From: a virus
IMG/VR virus record: IMGVR_UViG_3300005532_000006
Span: 26,868-90,867 of that record
Length of the DNA stretch: 64,000 nt
Direction: 5' to 3' (one strand)
Of this stretch, positions 38,374 to 46,647 are shown in pieces (position 1 is the first letter of the stretch; each line of letters opens with the position of its first letter). Below the pieces are notes generated by a model. The model was not told the origin of the DNA. It searched no databases and was given only the letters and a program-made list of their open reading frames with translations. The position numbers and the translations under genes were made by a program.

Positions 38374-39131
38374 GCGCCACCTGCCCGCAGCATGATCCGG
38401 CGCACCTGTTCGGCGCGCCACTCGCTCTTGCCCCGCGGCGTCTTGATCCCGCGCGCCGTCAGCGCCGCCGCCAGTTCGTCCAGCGAGCGGCAGCCGGCTT
38501 TTTGCGCCGCGGCGATGTACGGCATGATGTCAGACGCCGTGGCCTCGGCCTTCGCCGCCGCAGCCCGGCTCGCAGCACGCGCCGAGGCGCGGTTGCCCTG
38601 CGGCGGGTTGGTGTTGCCGAGCCGCGTGATTGCCCGGCCTGACCGCCGCGATAGCCACGTGCCGTGCTCGGCGATGTGGCGTCGCACGACAGCGAGCGCC
38701 GCTTTGGTGCGCTCCGATGTGCGCTCGCGCTCGTCCTGCGCCACCGCCGCGAGGATGCGGATCGTCAGCTTGGTGGCGTGCGGGTTGTCGCACGCCACGA
38801 ACTCGACCTCGCTCTCCATCAAGTTGGCGAGGAACGCGAAGTTGCGCGACAGGCGGTCGAGCTTGGCGATGATGAGAACCGCCCGGCGGGCGCGGCAGGC
38901 GGCCAGCGCCGCCGCCAGTTGCGGCCGGTCGTTGCGCTTGCCGCTCTCGACCTCGCGGTATTCGGCGACGAGCTTGCCGCCGGTCCCGGCGAGATAGCGT
39001 TCTATCGCTGCCCGCTGCGCTTCCAGGCCCAGCCCGGAGGCGCCCTGTGCGTCGGTCGAGACGCGGACATAAGAAACATGGGGTCTGACGGCAGGCTCGC
39101 CAGAGGCCTCCGCAGGGCGTTTGCGGGCCAT
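38370..39131 (-). CDS. small serine recombinase (resolvase/invertase family)
   Basis: YVRVST..Q..GLEAQ; ESG..RPQL; AKLDRLSR; C-terminal L..RGIKTPRG..W. Confidence 0.9.
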   Translation of the reverse strand: MARKRPAEASGEPAVRPHVSYVRVSTDAQGASGLGLEAQRAAIERYLAGTGGKLVAEYREVESGKRNDRPQLAAALAACRARRAVLIIAKLDRLSRNFAFLANLMESEVEFVACDNPHATKLTIRILAAVAQDERERTSERTKAALAVVRRHIAEHGTWLSRRSGRAITRLGNTNPPQGNRASARAASRAAAAKAEATASDIMPYIAAAQKAGCRSLDELAAALTARGIKTPRGKSEWRAEQVRRIMLRAGGA

Positions 39132-39545
39132 TCTGGCGTCCTCACAATCCGCAACGCCGCACTACGTCTCGCTACGCTCGTATGATGGATTGTGACGCGG
39201 CGCCCGCCGCCATCGAAGAGGGGCACGCCCGCGCAAACGTCGCCGCTCGGCTCCTCGCCGGAGGGGGGAAGCGGCGGGGGCCGGCGCATCGCTCGCGCGA
39301 GCGTGTTCGGATGTCGGGTTACGCTGGTGCGGCAGGGGTCGTTTCGGCCGCCGCCGACGCGTGCTCGCCGCGGCGGATCGTGTCGCGGCAGGTCCGGCAG
39401 AATTTCGGCTTGCCGAAATGCCCGAGGCGGCGGTGCAGTTCGGCCAGCTCGCGGCGTTCCTGTTCGCGCTGCGCAGCGGCAGCGGCGAGCGCGCCTCGAT
39501 CGGGTTCGTCTTCGAGACCCTCGGGCATGGGTAGCGGCCGGCGCA

Positions 39546-40061
39546 TCAACGGCCGGCCATCAATCGGCTGCGCGGCGCCGGCGCCACAAACCGGCAGATG
39601 GCTGCATCGATCAGCGATACTTCCCGCTCCGCGGCCGGAGGCTCGGGGCCATCGTAGCCCTCAAGGAAGACCCCGGTACGAAACACGGTGCGGATCGGCC
39701 ACGGGCAGTGCTTTCGCAGCTTTGAGAGGTAAATATCGATGGTCTTGATGTTGGCGCCCCCACAGGGATCGCGCCAATAGAGGTCGCGGTGCAGCGTTTC
39801 ACGGGAAACGACTTTGCCCCTGGCTTTGACCAGCGCTTCGAATACGCGCCATTCCATCGCCGGGATGCGGTGCCAGCGCCCGTCTCTCCACAGACGGCGG
39901 AGCTGCCAATCTATCGGGACGGCGGGTGTCCGGGCCGGCGCAGCCGAGGCGCCCTCAAGACGCTCCGCTGCCGCCTTGGCTATTTCGATGATCTCGCGGT
40001 GCTGGCTCGGCCAGCGCAGGATGTAGGGGATGCGCCGGAGCCGCTCGACGAGATCGTCCAT
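39546..40061 (-). CDS. OmpR/PhoB-type winged-helix protein without receiver domain
   Basis: EWRVFEALVKARGKVVSRETL..KTIDIYLSKLRK..IRTVFRTG. Confidence 0.8.
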   Translation of the reverse strand: MDDLVERLRRIPYILRWPSQHREIIEIAKAAAERLEGASAAPARTPAVPIDWQLRRLWRDGRWHRIPAMEWRVFEALVKARGKVVSRETLHRDLYWRDPCGGANIKTIDIYLSKLRKHCPWPIRTVFRTGVFLEGYDGPEPPAAEREVSLIDAAICRFVAPAPRSRLMAGR

Positions 40062-40076
40062 GCTTCTCTTGAGCAG

Positions 40077-41069
40077 TCAGCCCTCTGGCGGGCGCCAGGC
40101 CCTGATGCGCGGCCGGCGCCCGTCGTCCTCGAGATGGAAGAACTCGACCAGCGCACCGAGGCCTCGGATGAGCCGCGCCCGGAAGATGTCGTTCATCTGC
40201 CAGGCGCCGGCGCCGTCTTTGGGCCAACCGGGCGGAATTTCGTCGATGACGACGTGATCGACCGCCATCACGCAGACGCCCATCGCCTTGCGCGCTTCCC
40301 ACAAGCGCGCGGCGATGCCGGTGCGCCGCTTCTCGCGCTCGGCGGTGTCCTGATAGTCCTCGGTGCCGACGATCGAGACGACGATTTTGGAGAGATGGCT
40401 CGGGATGCGCCGCCGCTGAATGCCGGTGCGGCCGACGCCTTCAAGCTCGCGCACGTCCTCCGGCGACAGGGCCTCGGCCACGTCCTGGCGCAACCCGCCC
40501 CAGAAGGCGCAGTGCAGTCCTGCGTAATAGAGCCCGGCCTGATGCAGCGCGTAGGCGCGGCGGGCGACGGGATCGTCGTCGGCGTCCGCCGGTTCCGGAA
40601 TGCCGGGATCGCCGGCCCGCGCGAGGTCGCCGCGCGCGTAGAGGACGCCGAGGGGATAGGAGAGGCGCTGGTCCTTGCTCGACCCCTGTGCGGTCGTGAT
40701 GAGAGCGGACAGCTCGTTGAGTCGGTTTTTGACCCGGTTGCGTTCCGCCGGATGGAGGGTGCTGTCGCTGAGCCGGTAGGTGAGGACGGCGAATTCGTTC
40801 AGTGCCGCTAGGAGCCGTTCGCCGATGTCGGGGCGGCCCGTGAGCTGGCGCTGCGCCACCGTATAGGCTGTGCCGGGGTCCTTGGTGTTCCAGTCCCGGA
40901 AATTGCTCGACTTGGCCTTGCCGGAGGCGCTCCGCTTCAAGTCCGGGTCGCGGTGCCGGCCGGGGCGCTTTTTTGCCAAGCCGACCCCCGCCGCCAGAAA
41001 CGGAAAAACCGCCTCGGCCTCGGGCCGGGCGGCTACACGAATTCCAATTTCTATTTGTCCCGATACCAC
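40077..41069 (-). CDS. putative late transcription regulator (DUF6456-like C-terminus)
   Basis: PLGVLYARG; EARKAMG..VDHVVID..RGLGALVEFF; upstream of the terminase module; start uncertain. Confidence 0.45.
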   Translation of the reverse strand: MVSGQIEIGIRVAARPEAEAVFPFLAAGVGLAKKRPGRHRDPDLKRSASGKAKSSNFRDWNTKDPGTAYTVAQRQLTGRPDIGERLLAALNEFAVLTYRLSDSTLHPAERNRVKNRLNELSALITTAQGSSKDQRLSYPLGVLYARGDLARAGDPGIPEPADADDDPVARRAYALHQAGLYYAGLHCAFWGGLRQDVAEALSPEDVRELEGVGRTGIQRRRIPSHLSKIVVSIVGTEDYQDTAEREKRRTGIAARLWEARKAMGVCVMAVDHVVIDEIPPGWPKDGAGAWQMNDIFRARLIRGLGALVEFFHLEDDGRRPRIRAWRPPEG

Positions 41070-41158
41070 AGCGGCGTCCCCTCGTCAAGCTCGCGCCGCG
41101 CCGTAGACCGCAGCAGCTTGATGTGTCGGGGAGGCCTCCGGGATTGCCAAGAACGCTG

Positions 41159-41197
41159 AGCGCCATCTGGTGGCGCTGAGCGCCATCCGGTGGCGCT
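41159..41197. repeat. two tandem 19-bp palindromes
   Basis: AGCGCCA-TCTGG-TGGCGCT and AGCGCCA-TCCGG-TGGCGCT, 20-bp period. Confidence 0.8.
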
Positions 41198-41498
41198 AGA
41201 CCAGACCGTCGCCGCCGTGATTTGAGGCGCGCCGGATCGCGTCGCGGCCGTCGGCACACCGGACGAACCGGACGCCCATCCGCTGCAGCGCCTCCCGGAT
41301 CGCGAGGCAGTGGTTGATATGCACCGGCTCGCCCGCCTCGAAATTGCGGATCGTATTGACGCCGACATGCGCCTCGCGCGCCAAGTCTTCCTGGGTGACG
41401 TCGACCAGGGCGCGCGCCGCGATACAAAGGCGACGATCTACAAACACTTGGAGTATATAGTAAATCGCTTCGCCGACAGACAATCGTCGGTCGAGCAC
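41196..41498 (-). CDS. XRE-family HTH regulator
   Basis: AARALVDVTQEDLAREAHVGVNTIRNFEAG; start uncertain. Confidence 0.8.
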   Translation of the reverse strand: MLDRRLSVGEAIYYILQVFVDRRLCIAARALVDVTQEDLAREAHVGVNTIRNFEAGEPVHINHCLAIREALQRMGVRFVRCADGRDAIRRASNHGGDGLV

Positions 41499-41514
41499 CT
41501 TGGGGGCGGCGCCG

Positions 41515-41877
41515 ATGGCTCGGGTGCTGTGCGTGGACGACGATCCGCTGGTCCTGGATATCGTCGTGCTGACGCTGCGTGAACTCGGTCATGACGCCGT
41601 CGGCGCCGCATCGGCCGCCGAAGCGCGGGCGTCGCTCGCCGCAGCACCATTCGATTTGGTGCTGACCGACTGCGCGATGCCGGGCGGCCCGACCGAACAG
41701 GGCGAGGCGCTGGCGGATTACGCTGCGGCGCGGGGTATCGCGGCGGTGCTGATGAGCGGCAACCCGGCATGGCTGCGCTCGCTCGCTGCTGGCGATCTCT
41801 CCCGATACCCGATCCTGCGAAAGCCGTTCCGCCAGGCCGACCTGGCAGCGATCATCGAGGAGGCGCTGCGGCGGTAG
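41515..41877 (+). CDS. single-domain response regulator (CheY-like receiver)
   Basis: VLCVDDD, DLVLTDCAMPG, LMSG, LRKPF. Confidence 0.9.
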   Translation: MARVLCVDDDPLVLDIVVLTLRELGHDAVGAASAAEARASLAAAPFDLVLTDCAMPGGPTEQGEALADYAAARGIAAVLMSGNPAWLRSLAAGDLSRYPILRKPFRQADLAAIIEEALRR

Positions 41878-42115
41878 CCCCGCTTTTGCGCGGCCGTCCC
41901 CGCCGCGGCCGCTCCGCCGCCACCCCGAGCGCGGCGAGCCACGTCATGCGCTGCTGCGGGGTCATGACCTCCCACGCCGTCAGCACGGCGCGCACGCGCC
42001 CCTGGGGACGCGCGCCGTCAAGCTCCCGATAGACGATCGAGGGGGCGGCATCGAGCATCGCCGCCAGCGTCATCGGCGGCAGCCCGGCCGCCTCGGCTCT
42101 CTCTCTCAGGCTCAT
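41852..42115 (-). CDS. small putative regulator with AT-hook-like tail
   Basis: HTH-like LAAMLDAAPSIVYREL; RPRRGRPRK. Confidence 0.55.
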   Translation of the reverse strand: MSLRERAEAAGLPPMTLAAMLDAAPSIVYRELDGARPQGRVRAVLTAWEVMTPQQRMTWLAALGVAAERPRRGRPRKSGATAAAPPR

Positions 42116-42121
42116 GCGGGG

Positions 42122-42186
42122 AGCTTATAAATTTTTCTCCCGTTGGTCAATATTTATCTTGACTCGTCCGCGCGCGGTGCTAATAT
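42122..42186. promoter_or_regulatory. back-to-back sigma70 promoters
   Basis: minus: TTGACC(42150)-17-TAAGCT, with ATG 42115 at +1 (leaderless); plus: TTGACT(42159)-16-TAATAT with a TGn extension. Confidence 0.65.
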
Positions 42187-42243
42187 CCGTCGCGTCAACG
42201 GATGTGCCCCGGCGCTGCGGCGGATGGGGCCTAGGAGGACACA

Positions 42244-42729
42244 ATGGATCGCACTACCATCGCCCTCGCCCGCTCCATTCCGCGCCCGGCGCGGGTGGCT
42301 CAGGGCTGCTCCCAGATCCGTCAGATGGCGGAGTTGATCGCTCAGCGCCGCAGCGAGCGCGCGGCGCGGGCCAAGGCCGCGCGCACCGCCAACAGGCACG
42401 GCATGGGCCGGCGGGTGTGGAAGGAGCGCATCCACGCGCTCCAGGCTATCATCGACGCCCGTCCCGATCTGCGGCGGGATGCGCGCCGGGCCGCCGGGCT
42501 CTTGGCGCACGACAGCCGCCCGGTTGTCGTGTCGGCGTCGGTATACCGCCGCGGCCGGCGCGCCTATACCCCGACCGAGCTCGGCTCCGGGTACGATTTC
42601 CGCTGGCGCGGTCAGTGGAAAACTGCGCCGGGGAGCTACATCCCGTCCGACCGGCGCGTCGCGGTGCCGGCGGGCTGGCTGGCGCTGCGCCTCCTGCGCG
42701 AGGCCGAGCGGATGGAGGCGGCGCAATGA
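42244..42729 (+). CDS. hypothetical protein
   Basis: AGGAGG RBS; 161 aa, basic. Confidence 0.7.
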   Translation: MDRTTIALARSIPRPARVAQGCSQIRQMAELIAQRRSERAARAKAARTANRHGMGRRVWKERIHALQAIIDARPDLRRDARRAAGLLAHDSRPVVVSASVYRRGRRAYTPTELGSGYDFRWRGQWKTAPGSYIPSDRRVAVPAGWLALRLLREAERMEAAQ

Positions 42730-43883
42730 GCCGCCTCGATACCGCCATCGCGGCGGCGGCCGGACGAATCGCCGCGCCGCCGGCGCCTATCGACGTGCGG
42801 GAAATCCTCTACCGCGGGGTGCGCATCGTCGCGCACTACCGCGGCAAGCGGCCCCTCGGCTACGGCCCCGTGCGGGAGTTCCGCTCGCGGCGGCAGGCGG
42901 CGCTGGCGGTGCTGCTCGCGCGGCCGAAGGTGCGCACCTTGCCGGGCGGCATCGCCGTTCGCCGGCGAGGGCGGTGGGGCCGGCCGGTCTGGGCATGCGA
43001 TGGCGACTGGTCCGCATCCAGCTACAGCGAGATCGCGCGGGCGGCCGCGATACCGTATTGGCTCGACCGCGCGGCGACAGGGGGTATCGCGGTACCGGAC
43101 GCGCTGCACAACCTCGTGCGGCGCCGCCGCCGCGAGATCGAGACGCTGCGCAAGGAGCGGGCGGCGCGCAAAGCCGTCGCCCCGCGCCAGCGCAGGGCCA
43201 GCGGCCGTTACCGCGGCGTGCCAGTCACGGCGCGTCTGTGCCCAGACGGGCGCGTCGAGTGGGCATGCGGAGAGGCCGCCGCCAAAACCGCGCGCAAAGC
43301 GGTGCGCCTGATACTGGCGGCCCGCCGCGTGACCCGCGACATCGATGGGGTGACGCTCAGGCGCGTCGTTTCGCTCGACGGCGGCCCGCGGATCGTCGGC
43401 TGGATGGGGCCCGGGAACCCCACCACGCTGCCGTTTGCCGAGGCGGCGCGGCGGGCGCGGGCCATCGCGCCCGATCCGCAGGCGCCGCGCAACCTCGGCT
43501 GGCGAGTGTGGTACTGGTCCGGCCAGCGCCTCGTCTCGCCGCAGCAGCGGACGGCCTGGCCGGAGGACGGCATCCTGCGGGCGGAAAATTGGTCCGACGC
43601 CGCGGCGGTGCGCGGCGAGGCCGGCATTCATGCGCGCCGGCTGCCGCGCGACTGGCGGCTGGCAGATCCGTTCTACGACCCCGAGCTCGCCACGTACGGC
43701 ATCAGCCGCAACTCGGTGGTCGGCGTCGTCGAGGGCTGGGGCCGCATGCTGTACGGCTCCGAGGGCTGGCGCGCCGAGTATGCGCGCATCCTCGCGGTGC
43801 GGGCGCCGAGCACGGAAATCGGCCTTGAGATCGAGCGGGCCTACCCCTCGATCGAGGTCTACTACGACGATCGGGAGGCGTGA
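42726..43883 (+). CDS. hypothetical protein, C-terminal GWRxW..GIHA..GWRAE domain
   Basis: ATGA overlap, GGAGG RBS; 385 aa. Confidence 0.65.
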   Translation: MSRLDTAIAAAAGRIAAPPAPIDVREILYRGVRIVAHYRGKRPLGYGPVREFRSRRQAALAVLLARPKVRTLPGGIAVRRRGRWGRPVWACDGDWSASSYSEIARAAAIPYWLDRAATGGIAVPDALHNLVRRRRREIETLRKERAARKAVAPRQRRASGRYRGVPVTARLCPDGRVEWACGEAAAKTARKAVRLILAARRVTRDIDGVTLRRVVSLDGGPRIVGWMGPGNPTTLPFAEAARRARAIAPDPQAPRNLGWRVWYWSGQRLVSPQQRTAWPEDGILRAENWSDAAAVRGEAGIHARRLPRDWRLADPFYDPELATYGISRNSVVGVVEGWGRMLYGSEGWRAEYARILAVRAPSTEIGLEIERAYPSIEVYYDDREA

Positions 43884-43886
43884 GAG

Positions 43887-44024
43887 ATGAAGATCGGGAT
43901 CCCAGAGCAACAGGTGATCGAGGTGCCGGCGCCGGTGGCGGTGCCGGCGATCCCGCCGGCCCGCAAGGAGCCGCGCCGCGCGCCCGCCAGGGAGCCGGCC
44001 CGCAAGGAGCCGGTGCCGGCATGA
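43887..44024 (+). CDS. 45-aa Pro-rich peptide
   Basis: MKIGIPEQQVIEVPAPVAVP..EPVPA; stop overlaps the next ATG. Confidence 0.55.
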   Translation: MKIGIPEQQVIEVPAPVAVPAIPPARKEPRRAPAREPARKEPVPA

Positions 44025-44476
44025 CCGACAAGCGCATCCGGATCGTCGCCGGGGCGCCGCTCAAGGCGGCGCTACGCGCGACGGCCGGCGAGGAATACCC
44101 GACCGGCCGGGTCAACTCCATCGCCGAGCGTTATCTCGACATTGTCGAGGAGGCGCGCCCCGCCTTCGCGCGCGCCGAGTGGTGCGCGGTCTGCGACGCC
44201 AACAACGGCGCCGGCTCGTTCGACGAGCTGGAGATCGCCGGGGCGCCGGAATGGATGGTGCTCGCGGCCAACGTCGCCGATACCCCCGGCCTCGGAGCCA
44301 AGTGGGATATCGACCAGCGCGATCTGGTGCGGCGGCTCGACGGGCTGCCGCGCGCCGGCAAGATCGCCGTGCTCGAAACCGCGCAGCGCTTCTGGGCGCT
44401 GACGGAATTGCCGACGGAGGAGGCGCTCGACCTCGCCACCAGCCACCCGGCGACGTGGCCGGAGATTGATCGGTGA
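44021..44476 (+). CDS. hypothetical protein
   Basis: AAGGAG RBS; MTDKRIRI..EWCAVCDANNG. Confidence 0.65.
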   Translation: MTDKRIRIVAGAPLKAALRATAGEEYPTGRVNSIAERYLDIVEEARPAFARAEWCAVCDANNGAGSFDELEIAGAPEWMVLAANVADTPGLGAKWDIDQRDLVRRLDGLPRAGKIAVLETAQRFWALTELPTEEALDLATSHPATWPEIDR

Positions 44477-44709
44477 GACGCCCCGGCCGCGCCGCGCGCC
44501 GGACCCTGATGCGCGCGCTGCTGGCGCGCGACAACGGCCGCTGCCGGCTCTGCGGCCGTGCGGTCGCGCCGGGAGCGCCGGCGCCGGAGGACCGCGCGAC
44601 GATCGGCCATATCTGGCCGCACGCGCTCGGCGGCGAGGCGAGCCTCGCCAACACGCGGATTGAGTGCGCGGCGTGCAACGAGGTGCACGGCCTGCTGCCC
44701 CGATGGTAA
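44473..44709 (+). CDS. HNH endonuclease-like protein
   Basis: RDNGRCRLCG..TIGHIWPHALGG..NTRIECAACNEVH. Confidence 0.8.
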   Translation: MRRPGRAARRTLMRALLARDNGRCRLCGRAVAPGAPAPEDRATIGHIWPHALGGEASLANTRIECAACNEVHGLLPRW

Positions 44710-45758
44710 GCGGCATCATCCCCTCGCCGCGGCTGCGGCTTGAGGAATGGGGCCGGGCGATCCCCGGCCTCTGGCACGCGGTCGAAGCGCAGCGCGCCGA
44801 ACGGCGGCCGGACAGCGTCGAGTGGCCGGCGCCGGTGTTCCTGCCGCTGGAGCGCGCCGGTGCCGCGACCCTGGCGGCCATCCTCGCCGCGGGGCAGCGC
44901 CCGCCGGACGGTCCCGCCGAGCTGTCGGCGCCGGCCTGCACGACGCAGTGCCTCGCCGCCTGGCGCATGACACAGGGCATCTACCGCATCGACCCGACGC
45001 TGTACGAGGCGCTGATCGCGACGCCGATCGCCGGCGACATTCCGGCCGACGTGCTGCTCTACCTGCCGGAGTGGTGCGTCTATATCGAGACGCCCGGCAT
45101 GACGGCACCCGCCGCGGATCGCGAGCCGCTGCCGGTGGCGGGGCTGTGGTACTGGCTCGATAGCGGCCCCGGCCGCGAGATGGCGCTGTGCATCGGCATC
45201 GATCTCGGGCGGCGGCCGCCGATCCCGGTGCAGCATGTCCCGCTGATCGGCACGCTCGACGCGGCGCTCAATGCGACCGTGCGGGAATGGGCCGATGCGG
45301 TCGAGCGCGGCAACGCGGCGCGGCCGCCGCCACCCGGCTACCGGGAGGCGGCCCGCGCTTGGCTGCCGGCCGCACTGTCGCTCGTGCTGTATCTGTGCAG
45401 CCGCGCGGCCGACATCGACGGCCGGCCCGGCAACCCGGCCGCGACGCGGACGCGACGCGGCGAGCGGCTGTTCCCGGCCAGCGGGCCGCGGCGCTGGGAG
45501 GTCGGCGTCAGGCTCGGCGCCGCGCTGCGGGCCGCCTGGGACGCCGCCGCGGAAAGCAGCGGCTCGGACGCAACCGGCGCCCGCCGCCCGGTGCGCCCGC
45601 ACGTGCGCGGCGCGCACTGGCACACCTACCTGCGCGGGCCGCGCAAGGACGTGCCGGCGGACAGCCGCCCGCGCGAGCTGCGCTGGCTGCCGCCGATCCC
45701 GGTCGCGGTCGAGGATTACGATGCGCTCCCGGCGGTGGTTCGGCCGGTAAAACCATGA
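44703..45758 (+). CDS. AcrVA2/FinQ-family-like protein
   Basis: AAWRMTQGIYRID, LPEWCVYIE, LVLYLCS, RPHVRGAHWHTY..G, RWLPPIPV. Confidence 0.7.
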   Translation: MVSGIIPSPRLRLEEWGRAIPGLWHAVEAQRAERRPDSVEWPAPVFLPLERAGAATLAAILAAGQRPPDGPAELSAPACTTQCLAAWRMTQGIYRIDPTLYEALIATPIAGDIPADVLLYLPEWCVYIETPGMTAPAADREPLPVAGLWYWLDSGPGREMALCIGIDLGRRPPIPVQHVPLIGTLDAALNATVREWADAVERGNAARPPPPGYREAARAWLPAALSLVLYLCSRAADIDGRPGNPAATRTRRGERLFPASGPRRWEVGVRLGAALRAAWDAAAESSGSDATGARRPVRPHVRGAHWHTYLRGPRKDVPADSRPRELRWLPPIPVAVEDYDALPAVVRPVKP

Positions 45759-45836
45759 GACCCGCATCCTTCCCGGCGCCGCAGCGGGGTCAGGGCCTCC
45801 GACGCTACCGGGGCAATCCGCCGGCACTGCGGCCAC

Positions 45837-46550
45837 TCACGCGATGAGCACCGCGATCGTCAATTCGACGCTGCCGCGGTGCGGCGCCAGCGCCGCTTCC
45901 AGCGCGGCGGTAGCGGCGAGGCCGAGGCGATCCACCAGCTGCGCCTGTAACCACAATCCATAGAACGCGGCCCGCTTCGTCGCGCCGGCGGCGATTGCGT
46001 CATCGACCGCGGCGATGGCCCGCTCGACCCGCCGCAGATCGAATATCGTCCAGCCGGAAACGTCGTAATCGGGGACGTGCAGGTAGAGGCCGGGCGCGCC
46101 GCAGGTCGCCAGCTGCGCCCGCGGCCACAGCCGCGGTTTCGGATCGCTCGTCAGCACGCCGGTCATCGGCGCGTCGCCGCCGGCCCGGCCGATCTCGCCG
46201 AGGACATGGCGCCACCGCGGTCGGCCCTCGATCTCCTGCGCGATCGTCGGCCACCAGCCGCGATCCCCCACCACGAGACAGCCGCGGTGCGTGCGTTTCG
46301 GATCGCCGTAGAACCAGGCGCAGGCGCGGCAGGCATGCGTGCCCCACCGCGCGAACTCGCCGTGGCCGCTGAAGGTGTCGTTGTCGATCCCGGCGACGCC
46401 GCGGCGCGGCGCGAACGGCACGCCCTCGGCAATCTCGGCGCCGCAGGTGCAGCAGCGGCCGGCCGCCGGCTCGAATTGATATTGCGACCCCGTCTTGCCT
46501 TCGGGCGACCGGCTACCAAAGCCACGCCACATCAGCTCTGCGGCGGTCAA
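45837..46550 (-). CDS. csf1: Csf1 (type IV Cas8-like large subunit)
   Basis: two CxxC (CCTCG, CRAC), TFS, DPKPRLW; GGAGG RBS with TTG start; in operon with Csf2/Csf3. Confidence 0.7.
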   Translation of the reverse strand: MTAAELMWRGFGSRSPEGKTGSQYQFEPAAGRCCTCGAEIAEGVPFAPRRGVAGIDNDTFSGHGEFARWGTHACRACAWFYGDPKRTHRGCLVVGDRGWWPTIAQEIEGRPRWRHVLGEIGRAGGDAPMTGVLTSDPKPRLWPRAQLATCGAPGLYLHVPDYDVSGWTIFDLRRVERAIAAVDDAIAAGATKRAAFYGLWLQAQLVDRLGLAATAALEAALAPHRGSVELTIAVLIA

Positions 46551-46633
46551 CGGCCCTTGCCTCCCTCGCCACCCCCACCGCCGCTACCGCCGCCACCGCC
46601 GCCGCCCTGTCGAGGCCCGCTCGATCGCGCCAT
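46547..46633 (-). CDS. 28-aa glycine-rich peptide
   Basis: GGAGG RBS; MARSSGPRQGGGGGGGSGGGGGEGGKGR; TGA overlaps the csf1 start. Confidence 0.55.
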   Translation of the reverse strand: MARSSGPRQGGGGGGGSGGGGGEGGKGR

Positions 46634-46647
46634 TCTTTCGTCCTCCG

